This document shows positions 39,265-52,280 of a stretch of DNA of 64,000 bases, in pieces. The translations under genes and the position numbers were made by a program. The DNA is taken from assembly GCA_951406725.2 (NCBI GenBank), contig OX597819.1, positions 72,664,001-72,728,000 on the forward strand, given 5' to 3'. The DNA is from Octopus vulgaris. Its lineage: Eukaryota. The notes under the pieces were generated by a model. The model ran no database searches, was not told the DNA's origin, and worked only from the letters and a program-made list of their open reading frames with translations. How positions within the stretch are numbered: position 1 is the stretch's first letter; every line of letters starts with the position of its first letter.

Positions 39265-42200
39265 ATGAGTTGTGAGGGCAAGATTGTCAACATAGTCAAA
39301 CCAAGAGAGACACAGACAGGCTCCACTGGCATGTTATTCACTGCTGCTTGTTAGGAAGTCCATTGTGTTGGATGGGGTCAAAATTTCAACCAAAGGATAT
39401 GTACTCCAGCAAATCACAAAGTGAAATAGGAACTAATCTGGACCCTCTCTGTGATTGGAAATTCCTTTAGTTGGAGCATCTGAGTGCTTTGGATGAAGCA
39501 TGAAGAAGATCATCATCATTTTACATCTGTTTTCCAGGTTGGCATGGGTTGTGTAGTTTATAAGGAACTAGTGAGCCAGAGGATTGTGCCAAGCTCAACT
39601 GTCTGTTTTAATATAGTTCCTTCAGCTGGATGCTCTTCTGAATGCCAATTACTTTACAGTGTGTAGTGTGTGCTTTCTACATGGGACCAGCTTTTGATAA
39701 CCTCATCAACAGTTTTTCAGGGTATGTAATGTGTCTTCTTTGTTGAAAATAAGAAATGTGAAGGAGAAATGCACAGCAACAATTGATGCCTTTGCTTGGA
39801 GAGTCTGAGCTCTTTATGCATACAAATCGATCTCCGTCAGGATTATTTACCATGAGTGTTCAATTGTTTGATCATCAGGGCCCACCAGGACCACTGAATT
39901 AACATGCAAGAGACTGAACATTCCAAAGATACATGTACCCTTAACATAATACGCAAGCACAGTGATCCAGTGTTACAGGTCTGCTCTTTTAATTTTCTAT
40001 ATACAATCAATGCAATGGTGTTTCAATTCAGGTTGTGTCTAGCCAATTTACAATGTCTAAGTTGAGCAGGGATACCAGACAGTGACAATTGTTCAAGATG
40101 TCAAACTGCAGAATTGAAACTAAGACATAATAAACAAGCAGTGAGTTTCTTCTGCGGTTATACTACACCTACATACACACACATTAGCACATAAATATGT
40201 GTAATATATGTACATAGACACATGATACATATTTGTACATTCATGTACATACACACACATATATGGGGAGAGAATTCACAAAAAAAAACAAAACAAAAGA
40301 CGAAGACAGGTGGTTAGACAACAAACAGGTGTATTAGTTTTAACGCTTGGGAAGTGAAGAAGTCTTTTATGTTTCGAGCCTACACACTTCCACAGAAAGA
40401 AACAAGGAGAGAAAATAAAGAATGTGTAGTGGCTAGCGATCCACACACACACACACAAGTCATTATAGGAAGCTGTCTCTCATGTTGTAGAATTTCAAGT
40501 TGTCCTCATTGAAAGGAATCTTTGGATGTGTTTAGGTTTGAGGCCAACTTGCTAAGGAGCAACCAACATATTATGGTTTAAGGAAAATACTGGAACACAT
40601 GCAGAACAAGACAAAGAGTACCCACATATGACATCTGGTCTTGAGTAGCACCAAATCCCATGCCATGTTGACATATTTCACCTGCTCCAATGTCATTCAC
40701 ACCTATCATTATTGATGTCTATATCTGCTTGAAGGTAAACTTGGTCGTATCAAGTCTGAGTTTTCTCCTGTTAAGGTGACCATCGCAACAATATTGGACA
40801 TTGCTCCACAGAAACACTGACCCACAATAGATACGCAATTATATACACGCACACACACATGCATGTGTATATGTGTGTGTGTATATATATATATTTATAA
40901 GTGGATTTGGTAGACAGAAACTGCAAGAAGTCTGTTGTGCGTGCACACACAAACGTGCTTATTGTCTTGACATCACAAGATGGTTGTAAACAAGCATCAT
41001 CTTACAAGTGAAATTGTTCGCTTCCAGTCTCTATGTGAAAAATAGGTTGTCTCCCTTTGCAATCTTTCTTAATGTGTGTATTTGATACATATCAAAACAC
41101 ATTGTTTTGATATGTATCAAAACAAAAAGGGATTAATGAGGGATTAGTAACCCAAGTGAAATATTTCTTTAACTCTCTGTAGATAAAAATACATCAGGCT
41201 AACAAAAAAAATTTTATGATTGGTATTGTATTTCTGCATATAACTCATTATTTCTATCTGTTATATATATTTTCATTCAATCATTTTTTTTTTTTCGTTT
41301 ATTTTTCCAGGTCAGTATGGGTTAGATGAACAAGTACTGAGACTTTGCTACACAGAAGGGCAACTATCCTGCAACTAGCAAAGGTTTGTTTACTAAAGGC
41401 AAAAGCATGGTAAACATGAACATGTCGTCAATTGTGACTGATGGTGGCCATAGTGGTTCAAAAGCTGCATTCATTTGACAGCAAATTTAACAATAGTGAA
41501 ATGACTATTACTGAGAGCAGAGGTAAAGCTATTGTCAACTCATGGTCAGCACACATACTTACTTATAGGCACATGTATACATATGTAAACAGACACACAC
41601 ACATATATATAAAGAAAACAAAAAATGGAACAAGAATGTAACAGGCAACAACAAAACATCCGGACAGTTAGATGATACAAAAAAGGACAGGAAAAACAAG
41701 GACGGGTCATTCAGAGCTTCCTATCCTCAGTTGAGTTCCAGAGGGTCAATGCAGGTTCAGCCGGTTATACTTGATATATATACATACAAATATAAGTCTG
41801 AATACTTACAAACACACACAGGTCTAAATTATACATATATTCATACACAAATATATATATACACACACAAACACAAATGTCTATTTTACATATGTATATA
41901 TCAAAAATACGTGTACAGGCATACACACACAAGTAAAAAAGTAAACAAATTTACAAATAGGAGTCAAAATGTTTGGTCAAACAGAATTATCTACACATTG
42001 AGTGTATGTGGCTGAGTACTACAAAGGCACTCAAACTGCCAACATAAGACAGCATTACTGTGACTGACCTACAGGAGGAGACCATCTAACATGTTACTGC
42101 ATGTTGTGTGCGTCTGAGAAATTTAAATAATGTGGCATGTGTTGACCCACAACTATCATAAAAGACAGCCTTCTCCAAGAATGCCATGCAGGGAAATGAT

Positions 42201-45200
42201 AGCTTTGACTTCAGGATTAACCAACCAAACACTGAAATCATTTGACCATGGAAGCATCCATATAAGAATCCACATTTAAGTGCATGCGCATGTGTGTTTG
42301 TCTCATGACCATCATGTTAAAGTCCACTTCTCCATGCTAGTTTGGGTCTGATAGAATTTGTTGAGATAGATCCTCTTTAACTGAACACCCTTCCTATTAC
42401 AAGGAAGCTCCTTAGAGCTCAGCTGTTTCTAAGGAGGTAATAATCTCTTGGTCAATTGAATAATAATAACCAGTAACTAGATAAAAAAACTAGAAACAAA
42501 CAGCACTGTTTGAATGAGGCTTTTGTTTACAATCAACAAACACATATGCAGACAAGAAATACAAACAGACTTACACACATATATATATTGAAAGTAGATA
42601 TAGATCTATGACAAGCTTCTTCAATTTCTATTAATTTTACACACAAAGTATCAGTCAACTTATGGCTATGGTATAAAAATGTCAGTCAACAATGTTCATA
42701 TGGTGGGGACTGAACCCTTAACCATGTGATTCTGAAGAAAACTTCTTAACCACAATACTATGCCTGTCTGTCTGTAAGCATGTATGGGGGTGGGGAACAC
42801 TTGCACACACAATTTTACTCTTTCCTACAATATAACAGATAAGGATGTGGTACAGATACAAAATGAAATTCAGTCAATCTCACACAAACAACAGTTTCAA
42901 AATGATGTGTTTAGAGACATATCATAAAGGCTTTGTCAAGCTCATCTATCTCAATTCCCTTATTTCATTGTTGAATGCATCTTGCCTTTTCCTTGTAATA
43001 AATTAAATACCCATGCTGGTGGCATGTAAAAAGCACCCATTACACTCATGGAGCAGTTGGTGTTAGGAAGGGCATCCAGCCATAGAAACCATGCAAAATC
43101 AGATTAGAACTTGGTGCAACTCTGGCTTACCAAATCCAGTCAAACTGTCCAACCCGTGACAGCATGGAAAGCAAACATTAAATGATGAGGAGGAGGAGGA
43201 TAAAAAGACAAATGAGTAAATGAAAATGTGTGCCAATAAGTGGGTGTGTCTGTTTGTGTATCATCATCACCACCATCATTATTTAACACTGGTGTTCCTT
43301 GGGCTGAATGGTTTCAACAACATCCAATGGGTCTCAGGAATGCATCTTGCTCAACTGTCTACTTAGATATGGCTTCTATGGCTGGATGCCATCCCTAATG
43401 CCAACAACTTTATTGCTTGTCAGAGCAGAACAAATTTCTTGTTGTAAAGGAGCAAAATGGCTGCTCACATTTTAGAAGAGAGGGTGGGGTTAATCGAGGT
43501 GAAACTGGGAAGAGATAAAAATAAAAGTGATGAAGTGTCTGGGTGGACCCCCAAGGTATGAGGCAGCAGAAAGGAGGAAGGGAAGGAAGGAAGCTAGGGA
43601 ATGGAGGTTGAAAGAGTGTATTTGGGAGTGAGAGATGGAAGAATGGGTGAGACAGTAAACATAATGAAGAACAGCGGCAAGGTTGGGAAGGGCAGATGAA
43701 AAGTGATGAGGGGGATGAAAAGTAACAGAATGGTTACAAGTAGACATGGAGAGAGAACAGAGATGACAAATGGATGGGTAAGCGATAAGAGTGTGGTGAG
43801 TGTATGCTTATCAAAAGTCCAATCAGAATGGTTTTAAAATAGATGAGGCTAATATATTTAGGAAAGATTTCTGAAATCCTCTTGACATTTCATTATGTAT
43901 GCAAAGAGTTGTGATGCATTTTACTTTCTAGATGTACATCAAAGTATTTCATGCTAATGTTATGTCATATTAAACAGAGAAAACTGAAAAATACAGAGAG
44001 AGAGAGAGAAAAAAAGAGAAGTAGTATTATCAAGGATTAAAGAAATGGAGAAATAATGCTACTTAATAAATTGAAAATATTCCTAACCACAAATACATAA
44101 AAGTCAGCTAAAAATACTACCAAGAGGCCAGTGTGAGAGAGTATCTACACAATCTTTTATGCACCATGCAATACTCACTGGTACACTCATCTACCACATA
44201 CACAAATGTGTAGACACACACACACATAATCATCTTTAGCATGCTTTCTACAGTTGGATACCTTTTCTAATGCCAACCACTTTACAAGGTGGACTGGGTG
44301 TTTGCCAGACTGCAAAGTGGTTGGTGTTAGGACCACTTTACAAGCACAAGTTCAATGCACATTTATACATATTGACTTGATTGTTTTTGTCTGCTGATGA
44401 ACACTGAACCTATATGTTTCACTTCTAATGTGTATTTACTTCGGAAATGTTCTAAATTACTGAACAGGTATGTCATGAGCTCCCAACACTATCGAAATTT
44501 GATTATGTGTGTGTGCATGTACATATACACACACACACAAACACTGAGTGGTTTCAAAGCCACTTACCTGATGATGTGCGGGTACACAGCTAATGCTGAA
44601 TCATATTTATTTACATAACATTTTATGTAACAGTATGATATGGAAAACTCAGCAACGGCTGTTACTAATGCACAGAAACAATTGTTGCGTTTTGTGATTA
44701 AAACCTGTTCATTCCATCTTGCTTTACACACACACAAAACTGTATCTCAACACACACATATAAGCACAAGCATAGCTGCATAGTTAAGAAGTTTGCCTAC
44801 TAGCCACATGGTTTCAGGTTCAGTCCCACTGTATGGCACTGTTGGTTAATGATTTCTGGTATAGTCCCAAGCCAATCAAAACCTTCTGAGTGGATTCAGC
44901 TGATAGAAGCAAAAAGAAACCTATCGCGCGCGTGCGTGTGTGTGTGTGTGTTAATGTCTCTTTGTTTTGTCAGTGTGTGATAGTTTTAAATGCATATCAC
45001 TGTCATAGAAGCAGTGTCAGTTTCTAATCTCTGAAAAGTTGTCAGGCCAAGCGGAAAGATTACCTTGCTTGGAGAGAGATAAGGGTTGGCAACAGGAAGA
45101 GCATCATATTGCAGCCCCATTCAGCCAAGGGATCTTGTATTGTGAGTTACTTGGTCACCTCACTAGTGCTGGTGCCACATAAACAGCAAGCAATACACTC

Positions 45201-46970
45201 TTAAGCAGTTCACGCATGCACACACAAAAGGGTTTTATGGTCAAGTATTTACCACACAACCATGGGGTCCCATTGCCTGCACCACCTTGGGCACGTGTCT
45301 TCTGCTAATGCCTCAGATAGAAAATGCCTTCCAAGTGTTGGTTAAAGGAAGCTACACAGAAGCCAATTGATATATGTATATAAATATTCACATTTATTTA
45401 TTTATATATAAGCGCCTAGTATGGCTATAGGCAAATGTGTGGTTGCATGGTAAGAAGCTTGCATCCCAACCACATGGTTCTGTGTTCAATTCCACACTGT
45501 GGGACCTCAGACAAGTGACTTCTGCTATAGCCCTAGGCTGACCAAAGCCTTGTAAGTGGATTAGGTAGAGAGAAACTGAAAGAGGTGCGCATCACAAGAG
45601 AGTGTGTGCATGCGTGACATTGCATGATAGGTTGTAAATGAGTGTCGTCATTATGCAAGTAGTGACCTTTTTCTGCAGTCTTCAATGAAAGACGTGTCCA
45701 ATCACGGCAAAATATTACATTACTTGGAGAAAGATGAGAGTTGGTGATAGGGAAGGCAGCCAGCTGCAGAAATTCTGTCTACTCATACAAGCATGAAAAA
45801 GTGGTCATTAAAACGATTCTTTATATATATCCACAAATAAAAAGTGTATACATATACACACACACACACCTTATTTGTGGAATAAGGATACCAATGGTTT
45901 CATGTAATGAGAAATCTTAACAATTGTTCAAGCGTGCCACAGGGGTTAGTCTTTGGATGAGAATACCAATATTAGCATGTATATATACACACACACACTA
46001 CATATATACATATATAAAGAAGTGTATATAAAAATAAAAATGTGTACATGAGTATGCATCTATGTAAGTGTGTGTTTGTGTGGAGGAATGGCTGTGTGGT
46101 TAAGAAATTTTCTCAGAAATATGGGGGTTTGGTTCCACAACACACAAACACATGTACAAGTATGAGCACATATTTTTTTTGTATTTTTTGACATCTGACA
46201 AAACCTTGCAGCTTAGCAAAATGAGACGGGTAGACTAATTAATTGAGTAAATTCATTAATCTGGTGCCCCTGTATGGCCACAGTGTAATGAAAAAAACAA
46301 ATAAACAAGAAAAATGAAATAAGAATATATGTATACACACACACCTACATATATACACACACATACATATTAATTTATAGCTCTCTCATAAACATAAATA
46401 GACATAAAAACATGAAGACACACCCACAAATGTGTGTGCATATATATATATACATATATACACACACACATAAAAATCTCTATATATTATATGTATTTGC
46501 ATACATATAAATAACATATATATATATACACACACATACATATACACACATAAAGGTATGTACACACACACGTACATGTGTGTGTGTATATACATACACA
46601 CAAACACACACTAATATACATGAACACACACACATTATTTCTTGGTATATTGATTTTCTCATACTAAACCATGGAGTAGGAAATTTAGTTGAAAGCTAAT
46701 AACAAAAAAAAAAAGGAAAAAAAAAGATAGAATAACAAAGAAAACTGCCATTTGTGGCAAAGAATGGCTTTTACATATCTAGTGGATTATGGTAGAACAC
46801 AGAGATGGAAAGAGTGGATCTACCTATCACTGTGCCTAGGTTTTTCAATCACATGACAATGTATAGTTGCATTTTTTTTTCCTTTCTTTCTGTAATTTTT
46901 AAACAATTTCTGTGGAGATGGTACAAATGTGGAATTATTTCTAGTGTGACACGTGTGGTTGTATACTTAC

Positions 46971-47937
46971 TGATCTGAGATGTGGACTTGGGGTCGTCGA
47001 GGGACTTGGTAGAGTGGGTGACTGAGTGCTGTTACTTAACGAGACAACAGTATTGGATGCTGCTGCTCCTAACGATACGGAGGTCAGCACAGAGCCCGCA
47101 TCCATAAACATGGTAGTGTTCCGTGGCATGGTGGCATAAAGGCTGTTGCTTGATACTGACTGAGAAGATGAAGAAGAGGAGGAGGAAGAAGAAGAAGAAG
47201 AGGAGGAGGAGGAAGAATCCAGCATGTTTGAAGTTTTGTTACCAGCACATGAACTTTTCACACTTCCATTGTGATTGCGTTTGATACTGTTGCTGCCGCT
47301 ACAACGTTCATCTTGTGTTGGCACCTGCGTCATGACCGAATCGGCCATGCAGGCAATATTTATATATTGTCCGTTAACCAAACCTTGCCGTGAATCAAAA
47401 CCCGTAACCACAAATCCAAATTCTTTGATTTTAGTCAATTGTGGGTCGATGGAAGGGTTTTGTTTCCCTGTTGGGAGAGTTGCATTGAAGTGGCTGAGGG
47501 TGGTACTGCTTAAATTAACATTGGGGTACGCAAAGGCTGCAACTGTGTTATTCGGACTGTAAACTGACATGTTCATTACATTGTTGGAAAAATTCGTACA
47601 ATTAGGGTTCGAAGTAGCAGCTGAAACTGGGCCGGTTTGTACAACACCACCACCACCGCCTCCACCACCACCACTTCGTTTCCGTTTGGCTACATTACCA
47701 CCAGCAACAGTTGAGAGCAGCCCAGGGCTTTTTGTACCACTGTCTTTAGGTTTGGAGGATTTGCTGGTAGAGGATTTTGATTTGGGCTTTACAGCACCTT
47801 TGTTTGTTGAATTAATTACACTATTCGAACTGTGGCTGCTTCCAGACATGGGGTCAACCATATTAAATTCATAAGGGTCCTTTGAATTTGTGACGAGCTG
47901 CGTTTCTTTTGGTAAGTTGGATTCAACGCACAATTTC
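46971..47937 (-). CDS. ATXN7: Ataxin-7-like large Ser/Asn/Gly-rich exon
   Basis: ttcacag|G AAA TTG TGC...AGA TCA|gtaagt. 967 nt open frame (ORF 46941..47933), phase 2 to 0. Contains a KRKR basic motif, G9 and S18 tracts. Confidence 0.88.
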
Positions 47938-48031
47938 CTGTGAATAGAACCAAAAATTAAATTACATTATAAAAGCTGAAGAATTCAAGAGCAGTACTCA
48001 AACTTTTATCAAGGATACACTATCAGTTGTG

Positions 48032-48575
48032 CGAGGAATGATCAAAAAGTATTGGGAGACTGGTGCTATAAAAAGAAAACTACAACCCATATCAACCTGG
48101 TATTTAATCTCCTTCAAAGTTATCCCCATCTGAAGTTATACACTTTATATCCAGCATCGTTTTCATTGATGGAAGCATTCCTGGAACCCCTTTTTGGGGG
48201 TAGTGAGCAGTTGTCTTGAAGCATTCTCTTGAATTTCCTCATCTTGAAATCTTGCTCCTATCAAGTGGGAATTGATTTTTGGAAAAAGGAAAGGGTCATT
48301 GCCATAAACCCACAATTCATCACCTGCTACGACCATTTTCAAAGAGTTTCCATCTTTTGACACAAGGAGATCCTGCACAGCTGAATTCCTATCTTCTTTT
48401 TGAGATGACCATACTCTACACACTTTACTGCTGAGCACTGCTTACAAACAACAAAAGTGAGTGAGAACATTATAACTTAGTGTGCATGCACGACAGAGTT
48501 CAAACTCAAGCTGTGCCAAGTAGCTTCACTCTGCGTACTTTAGCAGTTACCATAATACTTTTTGATCAGACCTCA
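48032..48575 (-). mobile_element. Internally deleted mariner element
   Basis: TIRs cgaggaatgatcaaaaagtatt / aatactttttgatcagacctca. Transposase remnant VVAGDELWVYGNDP is fused directly to FLFPKI...GARFQD.EEIQ...GFQECF. Confidence 0.85.
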
Positions 48576-50255
48576 TATAACAATCATTTATTATCAATAA
48601 CAATTATTAGTCTTGGGTTATTGCAAACCCTACAATTTGGGATATGTTACAAAAATAACATTGAATAATTTATTGATAAATATAGTAAATTAAGACATTT
48701 TTCACTGCGCATAGAGTAAACTGCTGCTGTATTTGTCAACAAGACAAACACACTACTTTGAAAATTACCATGCATCTTCCATGATGCTACTTAAGAATTG
48801 CAGGACAGTTAAAATGAAGAGCAGCAAGGTACCAGACAGATGGCCATTGTTTGGTGATTTTGCTCAATGGCTGGCATGAGTATGCTGGTTTTGTCTGTTA
48901 TCAGGCATTCAGTGTGAGCCCAACTGGGCACTGATCAATTGTGCAGTTGGGGCTTTGGTAAGTATAAAAATTTTGTTCCTCTAAAGTTTCCAAAATCAAG
49001 GTGCATCTTCCATGCCACAAAATATGGTTAAAAAAATAAATGAGATTCATAACAACACACAGAGGGCACCACTTAAAAACCTTGCATTTATGTACCAATT
49101 CTAGAGCAAATTAACCTGATAGAGATATCTCTTCCTAAGGTGGTCTTTTTTTCACTGGTTTCAATCAATGGACATCATACTTCTTTTATGTCTCATAACT
49201 TAACAGCTTGACAAATAGATATTGATAAGAGGACACACATAAATACAGGTATAATTCTTCATCATCACAACAGGGAAGTATTAGATCTTAAAAGCTACGA
49301 GGAAGAAATCACAAGTGGGTGTATCTGACAATGAGCTGATAGTCTATCCAGGCTATGTGTACCACCAATTTTGTAAAAGTCTATGTCCCTTGATTACTGG
49401 AGATAAGGTAGGACAAATGTCCAGCTGATGACAACTGTTAAGGGCATTAAACGTGTTCATGACTGTCCTCTTACCTCCAGACAACAAGTCTGTCTTTTCC
49501 TTAATGACATGTCAACTTTGGAAACTTCGCAATTCATCAGATTATCTCCCCTTCTCACATGGGGCTGGTCTTAATTGCCATTTGGTCATTATGACATCCT
49601 CTAATGAAGTGGATCTCAACCATCTTTATACCTATGGAGCCCTTTGATTCCTATTTTGCTTGGCTAGACCCTCAGAGTCATAAAAAATCTTATTATACTT
49701 TTAGAATTAAATATTATTAGGAACTGCATAAAAAAATTAATATATTTTGTGTATTGCACAAGTATGACCAGTTTATTGCAGATAAATTTCAGCAACAAAA
49801 TCTTGTGAACTCTCAAAGGTCATAGGGTTGAGAACTATTGCATCCAGCCATAGAAAATCAGCCTCAAAAAGTCTGACCCATGCAAGCATGGAAAATTAGA
49901 TGTTAAATGATGATGAAATTGAAAATACATAGTCTGATAGTCTTGCTGGGTGGAGGTGCTTATCTCCCCCTTTGTAAACATAAGGACACAGGAAATGTGT
50001 CAAGGCTGACAGCAAGCGGTGCTTCCTAGGGCTAAATAGCAATAGTATTTTTCCCTTTCATGGGACTGTTACATTAAGTTGACAACATATCACCACTTTA
50101 TCATGTTACTACTGCATAAATTTCTCAGAGAGATTTAGAAATCTATTATTTCTTTACAAACAAAGCTCCATATTTGCAGAAGCCATAATATGTTGGCATC
50201 TAAAAAGAAATCAGAGGAAATACACGAGGGACAAACAACTTGAAATGAAACTTAC

Positions 50256-50377
50256 TTATGTGGAGGAGGATGATTTAGTCGTTCCAATACATTGTAGAGA
50301 GCAGATTGAACTAAATCACTTTTTCTGTTAAATAAACAGACTCCGTTTTTCAAAAACCGACCTCCAAATGTACACAT
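50256..50377 (-). CDS. ATXN7: Ataxin-7-like exon (conserved post-SCA7 block; absent from the ORF track)
   Basis: ttgcag|ATG TGT ACA TTT GGA...CAT AA|gtaagt. Encodes MCTFGGRFLKNGVCLFNRKSDLVQSALYNVLERLNHPPPH (cf. ATXN7 FCTFGSRQIGRGYYVFDSR...LRCAL). 122 nt, phase 0 to 2. Confidence 0.9.
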
Positions 50378-50812
50378 CTGCAATGGAAATAATCGTTTTT
50401 ATTATACTTTGAAATAATGAATATGAGAAGACAAAAGAAAATGGAAATATAAAAGTAGAAATAGCATTGTAAAAAAAATTATCTCATAAATATAGTAGTG
50501 TGTGTGTGTGTACATACATGTATGTATATACACTTTTTAATGGCTCATGCATACACATGAACAAGATAGCTTTCTGTTGTGTGCTTGTTGTCAAGACAGG
50601 AAGCAAGCCAATTTGAAGTACCTTAAACCCATATAAATATTCCCTGCCCCTAGTTATTCTTCTTGTGCCCCACCACCACCACACTAACCATAGTAGTTAT
50701 ACACTTGACAGGAGAGCCAAGAGGCTGCACCTGGCTCCAATCTGATTTGGTAGGGTTTCTACAGCTGGATGCCCTTCCTAACTCCAACCACTCCGAGAAT
50801 GTGAATGTAGTG

Positions 50813-51067
50813 GGTGCTTTTTACATGCCACTGGCATGGGAGCCAAGCAGGCGGCACTGGCATCGGCCACGTTTGGATGGTGCTTTTTACATGCCAACAA
50901 CATGAGGAGCCAGTCAGACAGCACTGGCATCAACATCATTTCAATGGTGCTTTTTACGTACCACCAACACACGGAGCCAGTCAGGTGGCACTGGCATTGA
51001 CCACTTTTGGATGGTGCTTTTTACGTGCCACCGACATGGGGAGCCAGTCAGGCAGCACTAGCATTGA
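50813..51067. repeat. 66-67 bp tandem repeat, 4 copies, inside a family D element
   Basis: Units start at 50813, 50879, 50946 and 51013: ggtgctttttac.tgcca...ggagccagtcagg..gcactggcat. Confidence 0.9.
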
Positions 51068-52099
51068 AAAATCTTTTGCAATATAGCCATCAGGCAACAG
51101 AGCAATCAGCCTGTTTGCCTGTTTTGTAGTTTCTTTCTGTACAAAGTGAATTATCTAAAATCATTTTAAAACCTTGTTTGGCAGGGTGAATGGTTCTCAG
51201 GAATAATTGTGCTAGGGCCTAGCGGGAGAAACATCCTTAGTAGGGGTTCCAGTACCACTTCTGCCATGACAACTACGTCATTGTGTATTGGACTGAACAC
51301 CAGCCAAATGCATGGCTGCAACAGACTGGCTGTCATCCTGATCTTAGTCAGACTCACTGACATTGCTTTCTGGTTCAAAATTGCTTTAATTCGCAGAATC
51401 AGAAAACTCCCTAATCCATAGTAAAATATTTATCTATCATTTTTAGTGTCAACTGACAAAAATATACAAAAACAATCATGGGATACCAGGAAGTGAGGAG
51501 GTGGGGGTATTCCACAAACAATGCAGGCCAAAAAACAGATGAAACAAGCTCTGTGGTTGAATGTTCTGTTGCTAGGCAATAAGAAATTAGTTTATAAACA
51601 TATACACATGGTGGCCCAAAAATTGGCCACTCAAGTTTCAACCACTGTGCATTAGTAGTTAAAAAAACCTGCCACTTATGTTGAGAGGGTTAAGCAGTGA
51701 AAACTGCTAGAATTTTGTTCATATGTTTATTGGCAACTAAACAAGTCAAAGTATAGCATTCCATCAAAATTTAATTATAGACATTACTCTTATTCCATTG
51801 ATAATTTATATTGAAACTCAAGATTTACACAGAAATAACTTACTTTCAGTTCCAAAATACTTCCAGTCATGACTATGCATGTAAAATTTATTCTTTTAAA
51901 TTAATATATTAAATTAAAAAAAAAAAAAAATTACTGTCCACTCACAGCTTTATTTGTTTTCATTAAATTATCTCCCATTTTTACAGAAATAAGACCAGTT
52001 TTGAGAGAAAAAATTTCAAAAGGGCAATCATAATCAACATCTATGTTTCCAATTATTATCAATATAATATTTGGTTCTGATAGCAAAAGTTTCACTTAC

Positions 52100-52280
52100 A
52101 GCTACTGGTCGTGGATGGTGATTCAAATAAGTGAAGCCAGATTTACTACTGTGTGACTCATCTCCTTCTTCTTCACTGGACAATCGAGTACAACATTCTG
52201 TTGTAGTATGGGAGCTAATAGAACTGAGATTTTCCTCCTTAATATGAGCAGCAGTTGTGGTTTGATGAACATGATGACTG
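52100..52280 (-). CDS. ATXN7: Ataxin-7-like exon
   Basis: ttcttag|C AGT CAT...GTA GCT|gtaagt. Encodes ...RLSSEEEGDESHSSKSGFTYLNHHPRPVA (cf. ATXN7 SSEEGEGD...HHPQPA). 181 nt, phase 2 to 0. Confidence 0.9.

Noticed and set aside
38883-39265. Many ORFs rich in C/V/Y/I/H/T (also at 4.7-5.2, 8.4, 27, 35.4, 37 and 46.4 kb)
   Set aside because: Translations of (CA)n and (TA)n microsatellites.
44568-44595. Micro-exon with strong donor CAG|gtaagtg on the minus strand
   Set aside because: Weak acceptor with no pyrimidine tract; the candidates either contain a stop or break phase with the next exon.
47275-47874. Plus-strand ORFs of 95 and 101 aa
   Set aside because: Antisense to the large ATXN7 exon, with no independent coding signal.
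50813-51067. CRISPR-like array
   Set aside because: Units are similar along their whole length with no unique spacers, the context is eukaryotic, and there are no cas genes.
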